64,000 bases of DNA, from positions 22,447 to 86,446 of the forward strand of contig JAJYLP010000001.1 of the NCBI GenBank assembly GCA_021787615.1, read 5' to 3'. The notes beneath the pieces were generated by a model. That model ran no database searches. It was not told where the DNA came from and was given only the letters and a program-made list of their open reading frames with translations. A program made the position numbers and the translations under genes. Each line of letters opens with the position of its first letter. Within the stretch, counting starts at the first letter, position 1. Below, one piece after another: positions 1 to 10,667 of the stretch. Origin of the DNA: Pseudomonadota bacterium. GTDB lineage: Bacteria; Pseudomonadota; Gammaproteobacteria; Steroidobacterales; Steroidobacteraceae.

Positions 1-942
1 CAGCGGCCCCGAAACGCACTCGAGAAAGCCCAGATCGAGCGCGCAGCGCCGATACGCATCGAACTCGGCCGGGCTGACGAAGCGCTCCACGGGCAGGTGG
101 TTCGCGGTCGGACGCAGATACTGGCCGAGGGTCACGATGTCGACTTCGGCCGCGCGCAGCTCGCGCAGCGTGGCCTCGATCTCCTCGTCCGTCTCGCCGA
201 GGCCGAGCATGAGACTGCTCTTGGTCAGGACCTCGGGGCGGTGGCGCTTGGCGTGGCGCAGCACCTCGAGCGTGCGCTCGTACCCGGCGCGCGGATCGCG
301 GACCGGATGGGTCAGGCGGCGCACGGTCTCGATGTTCTGCGCGAACACATCGAGCCCCGAGCCGACCACGGTCTCGACATCGGCATGCACGCCCTGGAAA
401 TCCGGGGTGAGCGCCTCGACGGCCGTGCCCGGGTTGCGCCGCTTGATGGCGCGGATGCAGGCCGCGTAATGGCCGGCACCGCCGTCGGGAAGATCATCGC
501 GATCGACCGAGGTGAGCACCACGTATTGGAGCTTCATCAGCGCCACGGTCCGGGCGCTGTTGTCCGGCTCGTCGCGATCGAGCCAGCCGCGCGGATTGCC
601 GGTGTCGACCGAGCAGAAGCGGCAGGCGCGCGTGCAGACCGCGCCCATGAGCATGATGGTCGCGGTGCCGGCGTTCCAGCACTCGCCGATGTTCGGGCAC
701 TTGGCCTCCTCGCAGACCGTGGCGAGGCGGTGCTCGCGGACGATCCCCTTGACGGCCTGAAAGCCCTCCCCCGAGGGCGCCCGGGCCCGCAGCCACGAGG
801 GCTTGGGCGAGATGGCGGCGGCCGCGGCGGTGGCCTTTATGCCGTCGCGGATGGCCGTAAATCCTTGGGGCGTAACGTATTTCTCGCCGCTGCGCGTGGC
901 GGCGGATTGCGCGGCGAGGGGCATGTCTTTGGGGGTAGGCAT
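1..942 (-). CDS. lipA: Lipoyl synthase (C-terminus lies outside the window)
   Basis: My own minus-strand translation reads [12 protein letters not shown]...[46 protein letters not shown]... This shows the LipA auxiliary-cluster CX4CX5C motif and the radical-SAM CX3CX2C motif. The ORF is open at the window edge, so it is absent from the ORF track. An alternative start is at 924. Confidence 0.9.
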   Translation of the reverse strand, partial: MPTPKDMPLAAQSAATRSGEKYVTPQGFTAIRDGIKATAAAAAISPKPSWLRARAPSGEGFQAVKGIVREHRLATVCEEAKCPNIGECWNAGTATIMLMGAVCTRACRFCSVDTGNPRGWLDRDEPDNSARTVALMKLQYVVLTSVDRDDLPDGGAGHYAACIRAIKRRNPGTAVEALTPDFQGVHADVETVVGSGLDVFAQNIETVRRLTHPVRDPRAGYERTLEVLRHAKRHRPEVLTKSSLMLGLGETDEEIEATLRELRAAEVDIVTLGQYLRPTANHLPVERFVSPAEFDAYRRCALDLGFLECVSGPL

Positions 943-985
943 GCGGCTATTGTACGGTTCCCGCGGCCCGGGCCCCAATACGGGG

Positions 986-1675
986 TTAGCGGGAATCGCC
1001 CGTGCCCCCTTTGGCGCGCACGTGCGCGTCCAGCCAGGCGAGCCGCTCGGGCGAGCCGGCGTCGAACCATTCGCCCCGATGCACCTGGCCGCGCAGGCGG
1101 CCGGCGGCGATGGCGCGGCGCAGCAGCGGGCGCAGCGGGAAGCGCTCCGCCGGCCAGCCGGTGAAGAATTCGGGCCGATAGAGGCCGATGCCCGTGTAGG
1201 TGAGGCGATCGGCGCTCGCCTCGAGCACCCTGCCGTCCCGCAGCGCGAAGTCCCCTTCGGGGTGATGCTCGGGGTTGGGCGCGAGCACGATGCTCGCATC
1301 GGCCCCGGCGGGCAACTGACGCAGCGCGGCGAACTCCAGATCGGTCCACACGTCGGCATTGACGACCAGAAACGGCTCGCTCCCGAGCAGCGGCAACGCG
1401 CGCGCAATGCCGCCGCCGGTCTCGAGCGGCACGGGCCCCTCCTCGCTGTAGCGAATGGCGAGTCCGAAGCGCTCCCCGGCGCCGAGCGTCGCGCGGATCT
1501 GCCCGCCGAGCCACGACAGATTGATCACCGCCTCGCCGATGCCCGCGCGCACGAGGTTTTCCAGGTGGTACTCGATCAACGCCCGCCCGGCGATGCGCAC
1601 CAGCGGCTTCGGCACCGTGTCGGTGATCGGGCGCAGCCGCTCGCCCCGGCCGGCCGCGAGCAGGATCGCCCTCAT
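986..1675 (-). CDS. murU: N-acetylmuramate alpha-1-phosphate uridylyltransferase-like nucleotidyltransferase
   Basis: Internal start of ORF 986..2254: [25 protein letters not shown], a G-x-G-x-R sugar-nucleotidyltransferase signature. The start overlaps the stop of the upstream kinase gene (ATGA). A kinase/NTP-transferase pair beside lptD is also seen in pseudomonads. Confidence 0.8.
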   Translation of the reverse strand: MRAILLAAGRGERLRPITDTVPKPLVRIAGRALIEYHLENLVRAGIGEAVINLSWLGGQIRATLGAGERFGLAIRYSEEGPVPLETGGGIARALPLLGSEPFLVVNADVWTDLEFAALRQLPAGADASIVLAPNPEHHPEGDFALRDGRVLEASADRLTYTGIGLYRPEFFTGWPAERFPLRPLLRRAIAAGRLRGQVHRGEWFDAGSPERLAWLDAHVRAKGGTGDSR

Positions 1676-2727
1676 GCCGAGCACCCGGATGCCGCGCGCG
1701 CGTTGGCCCGGGGCAGCTCCGCGGCGATGCGCCCCTCGAGGAACTCCCCGAGCGGCGCGAGCTCGGCGTAGTGCCGGCAGGTGTCGAGCACGTAACGCAG
1801 CGTCAGGGGCAGATCGCGCAGGTAACCGCTCTTGCCGTCGCGGTGCCACAGGCGGGCGAAGATGCCGAGCACCTTCAGGTGCCGCTGCACGCCGATCAGG
1901 TCGAACCAGCGCAGGAACTCGGCGGCATCCTCGCCGGCCGGCCCGCCGCGCGCGGCAAGCAGCGAGCGGTATCCGTCCACCCACTCGAGCACGCGCTCGC
2001 GCGGCCACGCGATGTAACAGTCCTTCAGGAGCGAGGCCAGATCGTAGCCGACCGGGCCGCGCAGCGCGTCCTGGAAGTCGAGCACCCCGGGATTGCGCTC
2101 GGCGGTGACCATGAGATTGCGCGAGTGATAGTCGCGGTGCACGAACACCTGCGGCTGCCTCAGGGCCTGCTCGATGAGCCACTCGAACACCGACTCGAGC
2201 GCGCCGCGCTCGGCGCTCGTCGGCGCGAGGCCGAGATGGCGCGCGAGGAACCACTCGGGCATCAGGTCCATCTCGCGCCGCAGCGCGGCGCGGTCGTAGG
2301 GCGCGAGCTCGGCGGCCGCCTCGAGGCCGAGCAGCTGGATGCGCGCGAGCGCCGCGAGCGCATCGCGGTAGAGCGGCGCCTCGGCGCCGGGCTCGGCGAG
2401 CCGGGTCAGGTACGGCGTCGCGCCGAGATCCTCCAGCAGCACCAGGCCCCGCTCGATGTCCGCCTCATACACGTGGGGCACATGGATGCCGAGCGGCTCG
2501 AGCAGCTGCGTGACGCGCAGGTACGCACGCACGTCCTCCCGGCCCGGCGGCGCATCCATGACGATGTACGTGCCGTTGGCGCAGAACGCCCGGAAATAAC
2601 GCCGGAAGCTCGCGTCGCTCGAAGCCGGCTCGATGCGCTGCGGATGCACGCGAAGCTCGCGCGAGAGCCAACGGTGCAGCAGCGCGAGCCGCGCGTCTTG
2701 ATCAACCATGGAATGCTTTGGGCCCAC
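1672..2727 (-). CDS. amgK: Anomeric MurNAc/GlcNAc kinase-like phosphotransferase (APH fold)
   Basis: 351-aa ORF with a kinase catalytic loop (VHRDYHSRNLM) and DFQD metal site. It is translationally coupled to murU. The start may instead be 2709 (MVDQDARL). Confidence 0.75.
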   Translation of the reverse strand: MGPKHSMVDQDARLALLHRWLSRELRVHPQRIEPASSDASFRRYFRAFCANGTYIVMDAPPGREDVRAYLRVTQLLEPLGIHVPHVYEADIERGLVLLEDLGATPYLTRLAEPGAEAPLYRDALAALARIQLLGLEAAAELAPYDRAALRREMDLMPEWFLARHLGLAPTSAERGALESVFEWLIEQALRQPQVFVHRDYHSRNLMVTAERNPGVLDFQDALRGPVGYDLASLLKDCYIAWPRERVLEWVDGYRSLLAARGGPAGEDAAEFLRWFDLIGVQRHLKVLGIFARLWHRDGKSGYLRDLPLTLRYVLDTCRHYAELAPLGEFLEGRIAAELPRANARAASGCSA

Positions 2728-2762
2728 GGGAATTCGGGCCTGCCATTATAATCCGCTCCCTC

Positions 2763-5126
2763 ATGCCGCGTTGGAGAGCACTCTGGGCCGCCCTGCTGTC
2801 GATTGGCGGCATCGCGCCCCATTGCCTGTGGGCGGCCGAGCCGCCGAGTCCGCCGGCGCCGGCGACGCTGCCCGCCAAGGCCCGCGCCGCGAGCCGGCGG
2901 GCGGCGCAGAAACACCTCGCCGCCGGCGGCAAGGTGCACGCCTCCGCCGACCGCGCGGTGCTCGGCAAGAACGGACAGTTCACCCTGGATGGCCATGTGC
3001 TGGTGCGCCAGGGCGAGCGGCGCATCCGCGCCGAGCATCTCGAGTATGACAGCCGCAGCGGCGCGCTCAGCACGCGCGGCGGGATCGAGTACACGGATCC
3101 TGAGGTCAAGGTCACCGGCAAGGGCGGCAGCTACTCCCCCTCGAGCGGCGCGCGGTTCGACGCGGCGCACTTCGCGCTGCTGCGCCGCTCGGCCCGCGGC
3201 ACGGCGCAATTGCTGCGCCTGACGCCCGCGGGGGTGATCGATCTGCGGGGTGTCAGCTTCACCACCTGCCCGCAGGTGAAGCCCTCCTGGGTGCTGCGCG
3301 CGAGCTCCATCACGCTCAATACGCGCACGCACACCGGTGTCGGGCGCAACGCGCGCATCGACCTGCACGGTGTGCCGATCGTGTACCTGCCATGGGTGTC
3401 GTTTCCGCTCGGCAACGTGCGCAAGACCGGCTTCCTGTTCCCGACGTTCGGCAATACCTCGCGCGGCGGCCTGCAGCTCTCGGCGCCCTTCTACTGGAAC
3501 ATCGCGCCGAACGCCGACCTCACGCTGGTGCCGACCGAGTACCAGCACCGCGGCGTGGCTGTCGGCGGGGAGATGCGCCTGCTCACGGCGCGGCAGCACA
3601 CCGAGTTGAAGTGGGACTATCTGCCGAGTGACGCCAGCTACCTCGGCGGGCGCGCCCGCGGCCGCATCACGCTCGACAGCGTGATGAACCTGCCGCGCGG
3701 GCTGCGCCTGACGCTCAACGGGGAGAACGTGAGCGACAGTGCGTACTTCGAGGACTTCGCCACCGGGCCCGAGGGCACGAGCACGGCCTTCCTCGACCGG
3801 CGCGCCGCGCTCACCTACCGCACCGAGCACTGGAACATCCGCGGCATGGCCCAGCAGTTCCAGACCATCGACAGCACGCTGCCGTTCAACGAGCGCCCCT
3901 ATGCCCGCGTGCCCGACATCACGGTCGATGCCGACTACGGCTGGGGTCCGGCCGATGTGCTGCGCTACGGATTCAAATCGGAACTCGTCGATTTCCAACG
4001 CTCCGATCACTCGACGGCGGTGAGCGGCTGGCGCTTCGACGCCATGCCCCGGGTGTCGCTCAATTTCGACGGACCGGGATACTTCATCCGGCCGGCCATC
4101 GCCTGGCGCGCCACCGGGTACGAGCTGCGCCACACCGCGCCCGGTGCGCCGCAGTCCCCCTCGCGCACGCTGCCGATCGCCAGCTTCGACACCGGGGTGC
4201 GGCTCGAGCGGACGGCCGGCCGCGGCGGCTCGCATCTGATCACGATCGAGCCGCGGGTGATGTACCTCTACGTCCCGTACCGCAATCAGAACAATCTGCC
4301 GATCTTCGATACCGGGCTGCCGGACCTGGAGCCGGTGGAGCTGTTTCGCACCAACCGCTACGTGGGCGCCGACCGCGTCGGGGACGCCAATCAGGTGAGC
4401 ACCGCCATCACCACGCGGCTGCTCGGCACCGCGAGCGGCCGCCAGTACCTCTCGGCCACCGTCGGCGAGGCCTTCTATTTCCAGACCCCGCGGGTACTGC
4501 TGCCCGGGGAGGTGGTGCGCACCGACCGGCGCTCGGACATCATCGCCGAGCTGTCGCTGACGGCGTTCCGGCACTGGAGCGCGCGCGCCGGACTGCAATG
4601 GGACCCCCAGGCCTCCCGGGCGCAGCGCGCGCAGGTGTCGCTGCAGTACCGGCCGGCACCGGACCGGGTGATCAATCTCGACTACCGCTACGAGCGCAAT
4701 ACGATCGAGCAGCTGGGCGCCAATACGGTGCTCTGCAGCAGCTCCCCGGGAGTGGCGGCCGGCAGCTCCTGCGGCATCGAGCAGGCGGAGATCTCGGCCG
4801 CCTGGCCCATCGGGCGCCATTGGAGCCTCTTCGCCCGCGGGATCTATTCAATCCAGGATCACGAGGCACTGGAGAGATTCGTCGGCTTCGAGTACCGTGC
4901 GTGCTGCTGGGCGGTGCGCCTGGGCGCGCGGCGCTATGTGGCGGTGCGGCCGGCGGTAGGGCCCGTAGGAACCGTGGCGCGCACCGGCGCGCAGGACACG
5001 GGCATCTATCTGCAGGTGGAACTCACGGGCCTCGCCAGTGTCGGATCAGCGCCGGATGCGTTCCTCTCCGAGACCATCCCCGGCTACACTCCGGCGGCCA
5101 TGAACACCCCGGCACCCAATCCCTGA
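2763..5126 (+). CDS. lptD: LPS-assembly outer membrane protein LptD
   Basis: ORF 2718..5126. A signal peptide follows the M at 2763 (MPRWRALWAALLSIGG), then an OstA-like N-domain and a large beta-barrel. It lies immediately upstream of surA-pdxA-rsmA-apaGH. Confidence 0.9.
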   Translation: MPRWRALWAALLSIGGIAPHCLWAAEPPSPPAPATLPAKARAASRRAAQKHLAAGGKVHASADRAVLGKNGQFTLDGHVLVRQGERRIRAEHLEYDSRSGALSTRGGIEYTDPEVKVTGKGGSYSPSSGARFDAAHFALLRRSARGTAQLLRLTPAGVIDLRGVSFTTCPQVKPSWVLRASSITLNTRTHTGVGRNARIDLHGVPIVYLPWVSFPLGNVRKTGFLFPTFGNTSRGGLQLSAPFYWNIAPNADLTLVPTEYQHRGVAVGGEMRLLTARQHTELKWDYLPSDASYLGGRARGRITLDSVMNLPRGLRLTLNGENVSDSAYFEDFATGPEGTSTAFLDRRAALTYRTEHWNIRGMAQQFQTIDSTLPFNERPYARVPDITVDADYGWGPADVLRYGFKSELVDFQRSDHSTAVSGWRFDAMPRVSLNFDGPGYFIRPAIAWRATGYELRHTAPGAPQSPSRTLPIASFDTGVRLERTAGRGGSHLITIEPRVMYLYVPYRNQNNLPIFDTGLPDLEPVELFRTNRYVGADRVGDANQVSTAITTRLLGTASGRQYLSATVGEAFYFQTPRVLLPGEVVRTDRRSDIIAELSLTAFRHWSARAGLQWDPQASRAQRAQVSLQYRPAPDRVINLDYRYERNTIEQLGANTVLCSSSPGVAAGSSCGIEQAEISAAWPIGRHWSLFARGIYSIQDHEALERFVGFEYRACCWAVRLGARRYVAVRPAVGPVGTVARTGAQDTGIYLQVELTGLASVGSAPDAFLSETIPGYTPAAMNTPAPNP

Positions 5127-5149
5127 AGAGCGATCGAGGACTCAAGCGC

Positions 5150-6526
5150 ATGCGGCGGCATTTTTCCTTCTTCACTCGCGCCCCTCGGGGCTCGCGCCCG
5201 GCGGGCGCCGTACCGGCGGCGTGGCTGGGCGTCATGTGCGCGATGGCCGCGCTCGCGCTGCCCGGCCGGGCGCTCGCCCAGACCCGCAATCTGTCCACCC
5301 AGGGGCAGCTGCTCGACCGGATCGCGGCCATCGTCAACAGCGGCGTCGTCATGCAGAGCCAGCTCAATGAGCGCGTCCAGCAGGTCGTGGCGGAGCTGAA
5401 GGCGCAGAACCTGACCCCCCCGCCGCAGAGCGTGCTGCGCAAGCAGGTGCTCAACAGCCTGATCCTGCAGCAGGTCCAGCTGCAGCAGGCCCGGCAGGAC
5501 GGCATTGCGATCTCCGACGACACGCTGAACGCGGCGCTGCAGAGCGTCGCGGCGCGCAATGGGATCCCGTTCGCGGACCTGCCGAGCGCGCTGGCGCAGC
5601 AGGGCATCAACTACGCCGACTACCGCGAGCAGATGCGCGATCAGCTGATCATCGGCCTGCTGCGCGAGCGCGACGTGCTGCAGCGCATCGTGGTCACGCC
5701 GCGTCAGATCGATCAGTTCCTCGCGCACCAGGCCAAGGAGCCGAGCACCGGTGCGGAGTACAACGTCTCGCACATCCTCATCGCCGTGCCGCCGAATGCC
5801 ACGCCCGCGGAGCTCACCGCCGCGCAGAAGCTCGCCGACAAGGTCGACGCGCTCGCCAAGGCAGGCAAGAACTTCGCCAAGCTCGCGGTCACCTACTCCA
5901 ACAGCGGGGATGCGCTCAAGGGCGGGGATCTCGGCTGGCGCAAGGGCGTCGACCTGCCGACGTTCCTCACCAACGTGGTGCCGAAACTGCAGCCGGGCCA
6001 GGTGAGCGCGCCGATCCGCACCCCGTCGGGCTTTCACATCGTCAAGCTGAACAACATCCGCCGCCAGGAGCACAAGGACATCATCGAGCAGGTGCACGTG
6101 CGCCACATTCTGCTCATCCCGAATGCGCTGCAGGACAATGCCACGGTCCGCGCGCGCCTGGAGAAGATCCGCAAGGAGATCCTCGCGGGCAAGGTCAAGT
6201 TCTCCGTGATCGCCGCGTCGGTCTCGAAGGATCCGGGCTCGGCCTCCAAGGGGGGCGATCTCGGCTGGCAGAGTCCGTCGGTGTTCACCAAGCGCTTCGC
6301 CGCGGCGATCGACAAACTGAAAGTCGGCCAGATCAGCCAACCGTTCCAGACCCGCTACGGCTGGCACATCGCGCAGTTGCTCGGCCGGCGCCAGTACGAT
6401 GAGACGAAGGAGATGAAGCGGCTGCACGCGATGGAAGCCATCCGCGCGAGCCGCGCCGACGAGGACACCGAGCTGTGGCTGCAGCGGCTGCGCGATGACG
6501 CGTACGTGAAGATTCTGAGCGACTGA
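5150..6526 (+). CDS. surA: Periplasmic chaperone / peptidyl-prolyl isomerase SurA
   Basis: Internal ATG of ORF 4598..6526 (MRRHFSFF..., signal peptide ending ALA-QT). It has a SurA N-domain and two parvulin domains, each with a GGDLGW motif. Confidence 0.9.
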   Translation: MRRHFSFFTRAPRGSRPAGAVPAAWLGVMCAMAALALPGRALAQTRNLSTQGQLLDRIAAIVNSGVVMQSQLNERVQQVVAELKAQNLTPPPQSVLRKQVLNSLILQQVQLQQARQDGIAISDDTLNAALQSVAARNGIPFADLPSALAQQGINYADYREQMRDQLIIGLLRERDVLQRIVVTPRQIDQFLAHQAKEPSTGAEYNVSHILIAVPPNATPAELTAAQKLADKVDALAKAGKNFAKLAVTYSNSGDALKGGDLGWRKGVDLPTFLTNVVPKLQPGQVSAPIRTPSGFHIVKLNNIRRQEHKDIIEQVHVRHILLIPNALQDNATVRARLEKIRKEILAGKVKFSVIAASVSKDPGSASKGGDLGWQSPSVFTKRFAAAIDKLKVGQISQPFQTRYGWHIAQLLGRRQYDETKEMKRLHAMEAIRASRADEDTELWLQRLRDDAYVKILSD

Positions 6527-6539
6527 GCGGGCCGCGCCC

Positions 6540-7517
6540 ATGCCGCCGCGGATCGTGCTCAGCTCGGGCGAGCCGGCCGGAATCGGACCCGAGCTGTGCC
6601 TCGCGCTCGCCGCGCGGCGCTTCGAGTGCGAGCTGGTCTGCCTCGCCGATTGCGCGCTGCTCGCCGAGCGCGCCCGGGCGCTCGGGCTGCGGGTGAGCCT
6701 GCGCGCCTACCGCCCGGATGCCCCCTGCCCTCACGAGCCCGGCAGCCTCACGGTCGAGCATCATGCGCTCGCCGCCGCGAGCGAGCCCGGCCGGCTCGAT
6801 GTGCGCAATGCGCGCTACGTGACCGGCCTGCTCGAGCGGGCTTGCGAAGGTGCCCGGGCCGGGGAGTTCGCGGCCATCGTGACCGCCCCGGTGCACAAGG
6901 GCCTCATCAACGAGGCCGGTCTGCCGTTCACCGGCCACACCGAATTCTTCGCCGCACGCACCGGCGCCTTCCCCGTGATGATGCTGGTCACCGGGTCGCT
7001 GCGGGTCGCGCTCGCCACCACGCACCTGCCGCTCGCCCGGGTGAGTGGCGCGATCACGCGCGAGTCGCTGTGCACGATCGCCACCATCCTCGATCACGAT
7101 CTGAAACGCTGGTGGGGCTTGGTGCGCCCGCGTATCGCCGTCTGCGGCCTGAACCCCCACGCCGGCGAGGGCGGACATCTCGGCGATGAGGAGATCCGCG
7201 TCATCGGGCCGGCGCTCGAGACGCTGCGTGCGCGCGGCATCGACGTGGCGGGTCCGCTCCCGGCCGACACCGTATTCGTGCCGCGCGTGCTGGCCGGCTA
7301 CGACGCCGTGCTGGCGATGTACCACGATCAGGGCCTGCCGGTGGTCAAGCACGCCGGGTTCGACACCGCGGTGAATGTGACGCTCGGCCTGCCGATCCTG
7401 CGCACCTCGGTCGACCACGGCACCGCGCTCGAGCTGGCCGGGACCGGGCGCGCCGAGCCCGGGAGCCTCATCGCCGCCGTGGAGCTGGCCGTCGCGCTGG
7501 CCCGACGCCGCGCGTGA
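6540..7517 (+). CDS. pdxA: 4-hydroxythreonine-4-phosphate dehydrogenase
   Basis: 325 aa with GEPAGIGPE near the N-terminus and [11 protein letters not shown]. Its position after surA is conserved. Confidence 0.92.
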   Translation: MPPRIVLSSGEPAGIGPELCLALAARRFECELVCLADCALLAERARALGLRVSLRAYRPDAPCPHEPGSLTVEHHALAAASEPGRLDVRNARYVTGLLERACEGARAGEFAAIVTAPVHKGLINEAGLPFTGHTEFFAARTGAFPVMMLVTGSLRVALATTHLPLARVSGAITRESLCTIATILDHDLKRWWGLVRPRIAVCGLNPHAGEGGHLGDEEIRVIGPALETLRARGIDVAGPLPADTVFVPRVLAGYDAVLAMYHDQGLPVVKHAGFDTAVNVTLGLPILRTSVDHGTALELAGTGRAEPGSLIAAVELAVALARRRA

Positions 7518-8335
7518 AACGCCCCCGCGGCCAAGTTCTCCACCGGGCTGCCGCCGCGCCGCGCGCCCGCAAGCGCTTCGGCCAGCATTTCCTGCACGAC
7601 CCCGCGGTGCTCGAGCGGATCGTCGCCGCGGTGGCGCCGCGCGCCGGGGACGCCCTGGTCGAGATCGGGCCCGGGCGCGGAGCGCTCACGGCGCTTCTGC
7701 TTGCATCCTCGTGCCGGACGCTCGATGCGGTGGAGATCGACCGCGATCTTGCCGCGCTGCTGCGCGAGCGTTTCGCGGGCGAGCGGCGCTTCAGGCTGCA
7801 CGAGGCCGACGCGCTGCGCTTCGACTTCGCCGCGCTCGCCGCCGCGCGCGGCCGGCTGCGCGTGATCGGCAACCTGCCGTACAACATCTCGACGCCGCTG
7901 CTGTTTCACCTGCTCGAGAGCGCGCCGGTGATCGCCGACCTGCACGTGATGCTGCAGCGCGAGGTCATCGAGCGCATGGCCGCCGCGCCCGGCGATGCCG
8001 CCTACGGCCGGCTGACCGTGATGCTCGCCCCCTGGGTGCAGGTCGAGCCGCTGTTCGATGTTGGACCGGGCGCATTCCAGCCGCCGCCACGGGTCTGGTC
8101 GGCCATGGCCCGGCTGACGGTGGGGCCAACGCCGCGCTTCCCGGTGCACCCGCACTATGCCGCCCTGGTGGCCGCCGCCTTTGCCCACCGCCGCAAGACC
8201 CTGCGCAATGCGCTGCGCGGGCAGGTCACGGCCGCCCAGATCGAGCGCTGCGGGGTCGACCCGGCGGCCCGCCCCGAGACGCTCGCGCCGGAGACCTTCA
8301 ACGCCCTCGCCCAGATGTCTCAAGCGCCGGATTGA
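7514..8335 (+). CDS. rsmA: 16S rRNA (adenine1518/1519-N6)-dimethyltransferase
   Basis: 273 aa with [10 protein letters not shown], the [13 protein letters not shown] motif and [12 protein letters not shown] start overlaps the pdxA stop. Confidence 0.92.
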   Translation: MKRPRGQVLHRAAAAPRARKRFGQHFLHDPAVLERIVAAVAPRAGDALVEIGPGRGALTALLLASSCRTLDAVEIDRDLAALLRERFAGERRFRLHEADALRFDFAALAAARGRLRVIGNLPYNISTPLLFHLLESAPVIADLHVMLQREVIERMAAAPGDAAYGRLTVMLAPWVQVEPLFDVGPGAFQPPPRVWSAMARLTVGPTPRFPVHPHYAALVAAAFAHRRKTLRNALRGQVTAAQIERCGVDPAARPETLAPETFNALAQMSQAPD

Positions 8336-8343
8336 GCTAGGCT

Positions 8344-8811
8344 GTGCGCATGGCCAGCGATTCATACCGTCGCATCCTGGTGGTGCTCGATCTGAGGGAG
8401 GACAGCGTGCAGATCGGACGGCACGCCGCCGCGCTCGCGCGGCGGCTGGAGGCGGAGATCGAGCTGCTGCACGTCGTGGAGTTCCTCCCGGTCGAGCCGA
8501 TGGCCGAGACGCTCATGGCCACCGGTCGCATCGAGAACGAATTGCTCGAGCAGGCGCGCGCACGGCTCGCCCAGCTCGCCGGTCAGCTCGGCTTCGCGGG
8601 AGCGCCGTGCTGGGTCGAGACCGGCAGCGTCAAGGCCGAGATCGTGCGCCTCGCGCGCAAGCGGCAGGCGGACCTCATCGTGCTCGGCAGCCGCGAGCGG
8701 CACGGCGTGTCCATTCTGGTGAATCTCACCGAGGACACGGTGCTGCATGCCGCGCCCTGCGACGTGCTCGCCGTGCGCGTCAAGCGCGCGAGCGCGGCCG
8801 CCCAGGACTGA
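8344..8811 (+). CDS. Universal stress protein (UspA family)
   Basis: 155 aa with RILVVLD..., DLIVLGSRERHG and VLHAAPCDVLAV, typical of the USP fold. The start may be the ATG at 8350. Confidence 0.8.
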   Translation: MRMASDSYRRILVVLDLREDSVQIGRHAAALARRLEAEIELLHVVEFLPVEPMAETLMATGRIENELLEQARARLAQLAGQLGFAGAPCWVETGSVKAEIVRLARKRQADLIVLGSRERHGVSILVNLTEDTVLHAAPCDVLAVRVKRASAAAQD

Positions 8812-8865
8812 GCGGCGCGCCAGGCGCATCGCGGGCCCGGCCGCGGCCCGGTAAAATGCCCGCGT

Positions 8866-9243
8866 ATGAGCGCGCCGCACAAGATCCGCATCGACGTCGA
8901 GACCAGCTACCTGGGCGAGCAGTCCGATCCGGGCGAGCAGCGCTACGTGTTCGCCTACACCATCACCATCCGCAATGAGGGCGGGTTGCCGGCGACGCTG
9001 CTCACGCGGCACTGGATCATCACGGATGCCAACGGCGGGGTGAAGGAAGTGCGCGGCGACGGGGTGGTCGGCGAACAGCCGCGGCTCGAGCCCGGCCAGC
9101 GCTTCCGCTACTCGAGCGGCGCGGTGCTCGAGACGCCGGTCGGCACGATGCAGGGCAGCTACCAGATGATCGACACCGAGGGGCAGCGCTTCGATGCGCT
9201 GATCCCGCTGTTCCGCCTCGCCATGCCCGGGATCCTGCATTGA
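8866..9243 (+). CDS. apaG: ApaG (DUF525) protein
   Basis: 125 aa with [13 protein letters not shown]...HWIITDANG...GVVGEQP, the ApaG signature. It is followed by apaH. Confidence 0.9.
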   Translation: MSAPHKIRIDVETSYLGEQSDPGEQRYVFAYTITIRNEGGLPATLLTRHWIITDANGGVKEVRGDGVVGEQPRLEPGQRFRYSSGAVLETPVGTMQGSYQMIDTEGQRFDALIPLFRLAMPGILH

Positions 9244-10058
9244 GCCGCTTCGCCATCGGCGACGTGCAAGGCTGTTACGAGGAACTGCGCGAGCTGCTCG
9301 CGCGCGTGCGCTTCTCGGCCGATCGCGACCAGCTGTGGTTCGTCGGCGACCTGGTCAACCGCGGGCCGCGCTCGCTCGAGGTGCTGCGCTTCGTGCGCGC
9401 ACTCGGGGAGAACGCCGCGACGGTGCTCGGCAACCACGATCTGCATCTGCTCGCGGTGGCGGCCGGCCGCCGCCGGATGCGCCGCTCCGACACCCTCGAG
9501 GAGGTGCTCGAGGCCAAGGACCGCGAGCGCCTGATCGAGTGGCTGAGTGAGCGCCCGCTTGCGCAGCACGCGGGCGGCGACCTGATCGTGCATGCCGGCA
9601 TCGTGCCGCAGTGGACGGCCGAGGCCACCCTGGCGCACGCGCGCGAGGTCGAGTCCGAGCTGCGCACGGGACGGGCGGAATTGTTCGAGCACATGTACGG
9701 CGATCAGCCCGACCGCTGGTCGGAGGACCTCGCGGGCATGGACCGCCTGCGCTTCATCATCAACGTGCTCACCCGCATGCGCCTGTGCACGCGCGAGGGG
9801 CAGATCAATCTCGCCCTGAAGGGCGAACCGCCCGGGGACGGCTCCGCGTGGCGGCCGTGGTTCGAGGCCGAGGATCGGCTCACCGGCGGCGTTCGCGTCG
9901 TGTTCGGACACTGGTCGGCGCTCGGCCTGGTGCTGCGCGCGAATCTCGCCGGACTCGACACCGGCTGCGTGTGGGGCGGCGCGCTGACCGCGCTCGACCT
10001 CGACAGCGGGATCACCACCGCGGTGCCCTCGCGCGGCTATCAGTCCATCGACAGCTGA
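9240..10058 (+). CDS. apaH: Bis(5'-nucleosyl)-tetraphosphatase (symmetrical)
   Basis: 272 aa with the metallophosphatase motifs [14 protein letters not shown] and GNHD. A TTG start overlaps the apaG stop. Confidence 0.9.
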   Translation: MSRFAIGDVQGCYEELRELLARVRFSADRDQLWFVGDLVNRGPRSLEVLRFVRALGENAATVLGNHDLHLLAVAAGRRRMRRSDTLEEVLEAKDRERLIEWLSERPLAQHAGGDLIVHAGIVPQWTAEATLAHAREVESELRTGRAELFEHMYGDQPDRWSEDLAGMDRLRFIINVLTRMRLCTREGQINLALKGEPPGDGSAWRPWFEAEDRLTGGVRVVFGHWSALGLVLRANLAGLDTGCVWGGALTALDLDSGITTAVPSRGYQSIDS

Positions 10059-10069
10059 GGAGAGCGACC

Positions 10070-10579
10070 ATGGGTGCCCCGCATGCGCTTAATTTCCAAC
10101 AGTGGATCGAGGCCAACCGGCACCTGCTGAAGCCGCCGGTCGGCAACCGGCGCGTGTTCGCCGACGGGGACTTCATCATCATGGTGGTCGCAGGCCCCAA
10201 CGCCCGTCAGGACTATCACCTCGACCCCGGCCAGGAGCTGTTCTACCAGCTCGAGGGCGAGATCGTGCTGCTGACGATGCAGGCGGGAGGCGTGGTGGAG
10301 ATTCCCATCCGCCAGGGCGAGATGCTGCTGCTGCCGGCCCTCATGCCGCACTCGCCGCAGCGGCCCGCGGCGAGCCTCGGCCTGGTCATCGAGCGCCAGC
10401 GCCGCCCCGGGGAGCGCGACGGGTTCCAGTGGTACTGCCCGAGCTGCGCAAGCCTCCTGCACGAGGCGTTCATCGAGCTCACCGACATCGAGACCCAGCT
10501 GCCGCCGCTGTTCGAGCGCTTCTACGCCAATCGCGCGGCGCGCACCTGCAAACGCTGCGGCACCGTGCTCGAGCGCTGA
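10070..10579 (+). CDS. nbaC: 3-hydroxyanthranilate 3,4-dioxygenase
   Basis: ATG at 10070 preceded by GGAG. It is a cupin with 3-HAO-type blocks (FIIMVVAGPNARQDYHLDPGQELFYQLEG, LPALMPHSPQR) and a C-terminal CPSC...CKRC metal site. Confidence 0.8.
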   Translation: MGAPHALNFQQWIEANRHLLKPPVGNRRVFADGDFIIMVVAGPNARQDYHLDPGQELFYQLEGEIVLLTMQAGGVVEIPIRQGEMLLLPALMPHSPQRPAASLGLVIERQRRPGERDGFQWYCPSCASLLHEAFIELTDIETQLPPLFERFYANRAARTCKRCGTVLER

Positions 10580-10667
10580 GGGCGCGCAGCAAAGAACTTC
10601 CGGGTCCGGCGGGATTTCCTTACACTCGCCGAACGGCGGCCGCCCAGGCCGCTGGCGGGGGGAGATC

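Noticed and set aside
97-1164. 355-aa plus-strand ORF and nested ORFs at the left edge
   Set aside because: They are antisense to lipA, whose radical-SAM motifs are unmistakable on the minus strand.
2406-4820. 804-aa ORF on the minus strand
   Set aside because: It is entirely antisense to lptD, its composition is Arg/Ala/Gly/Pro-rich and low in complexity, and it contains no recognisable motif. This is the typical stop-codon-poor antisense frame of a GC-rich gene.
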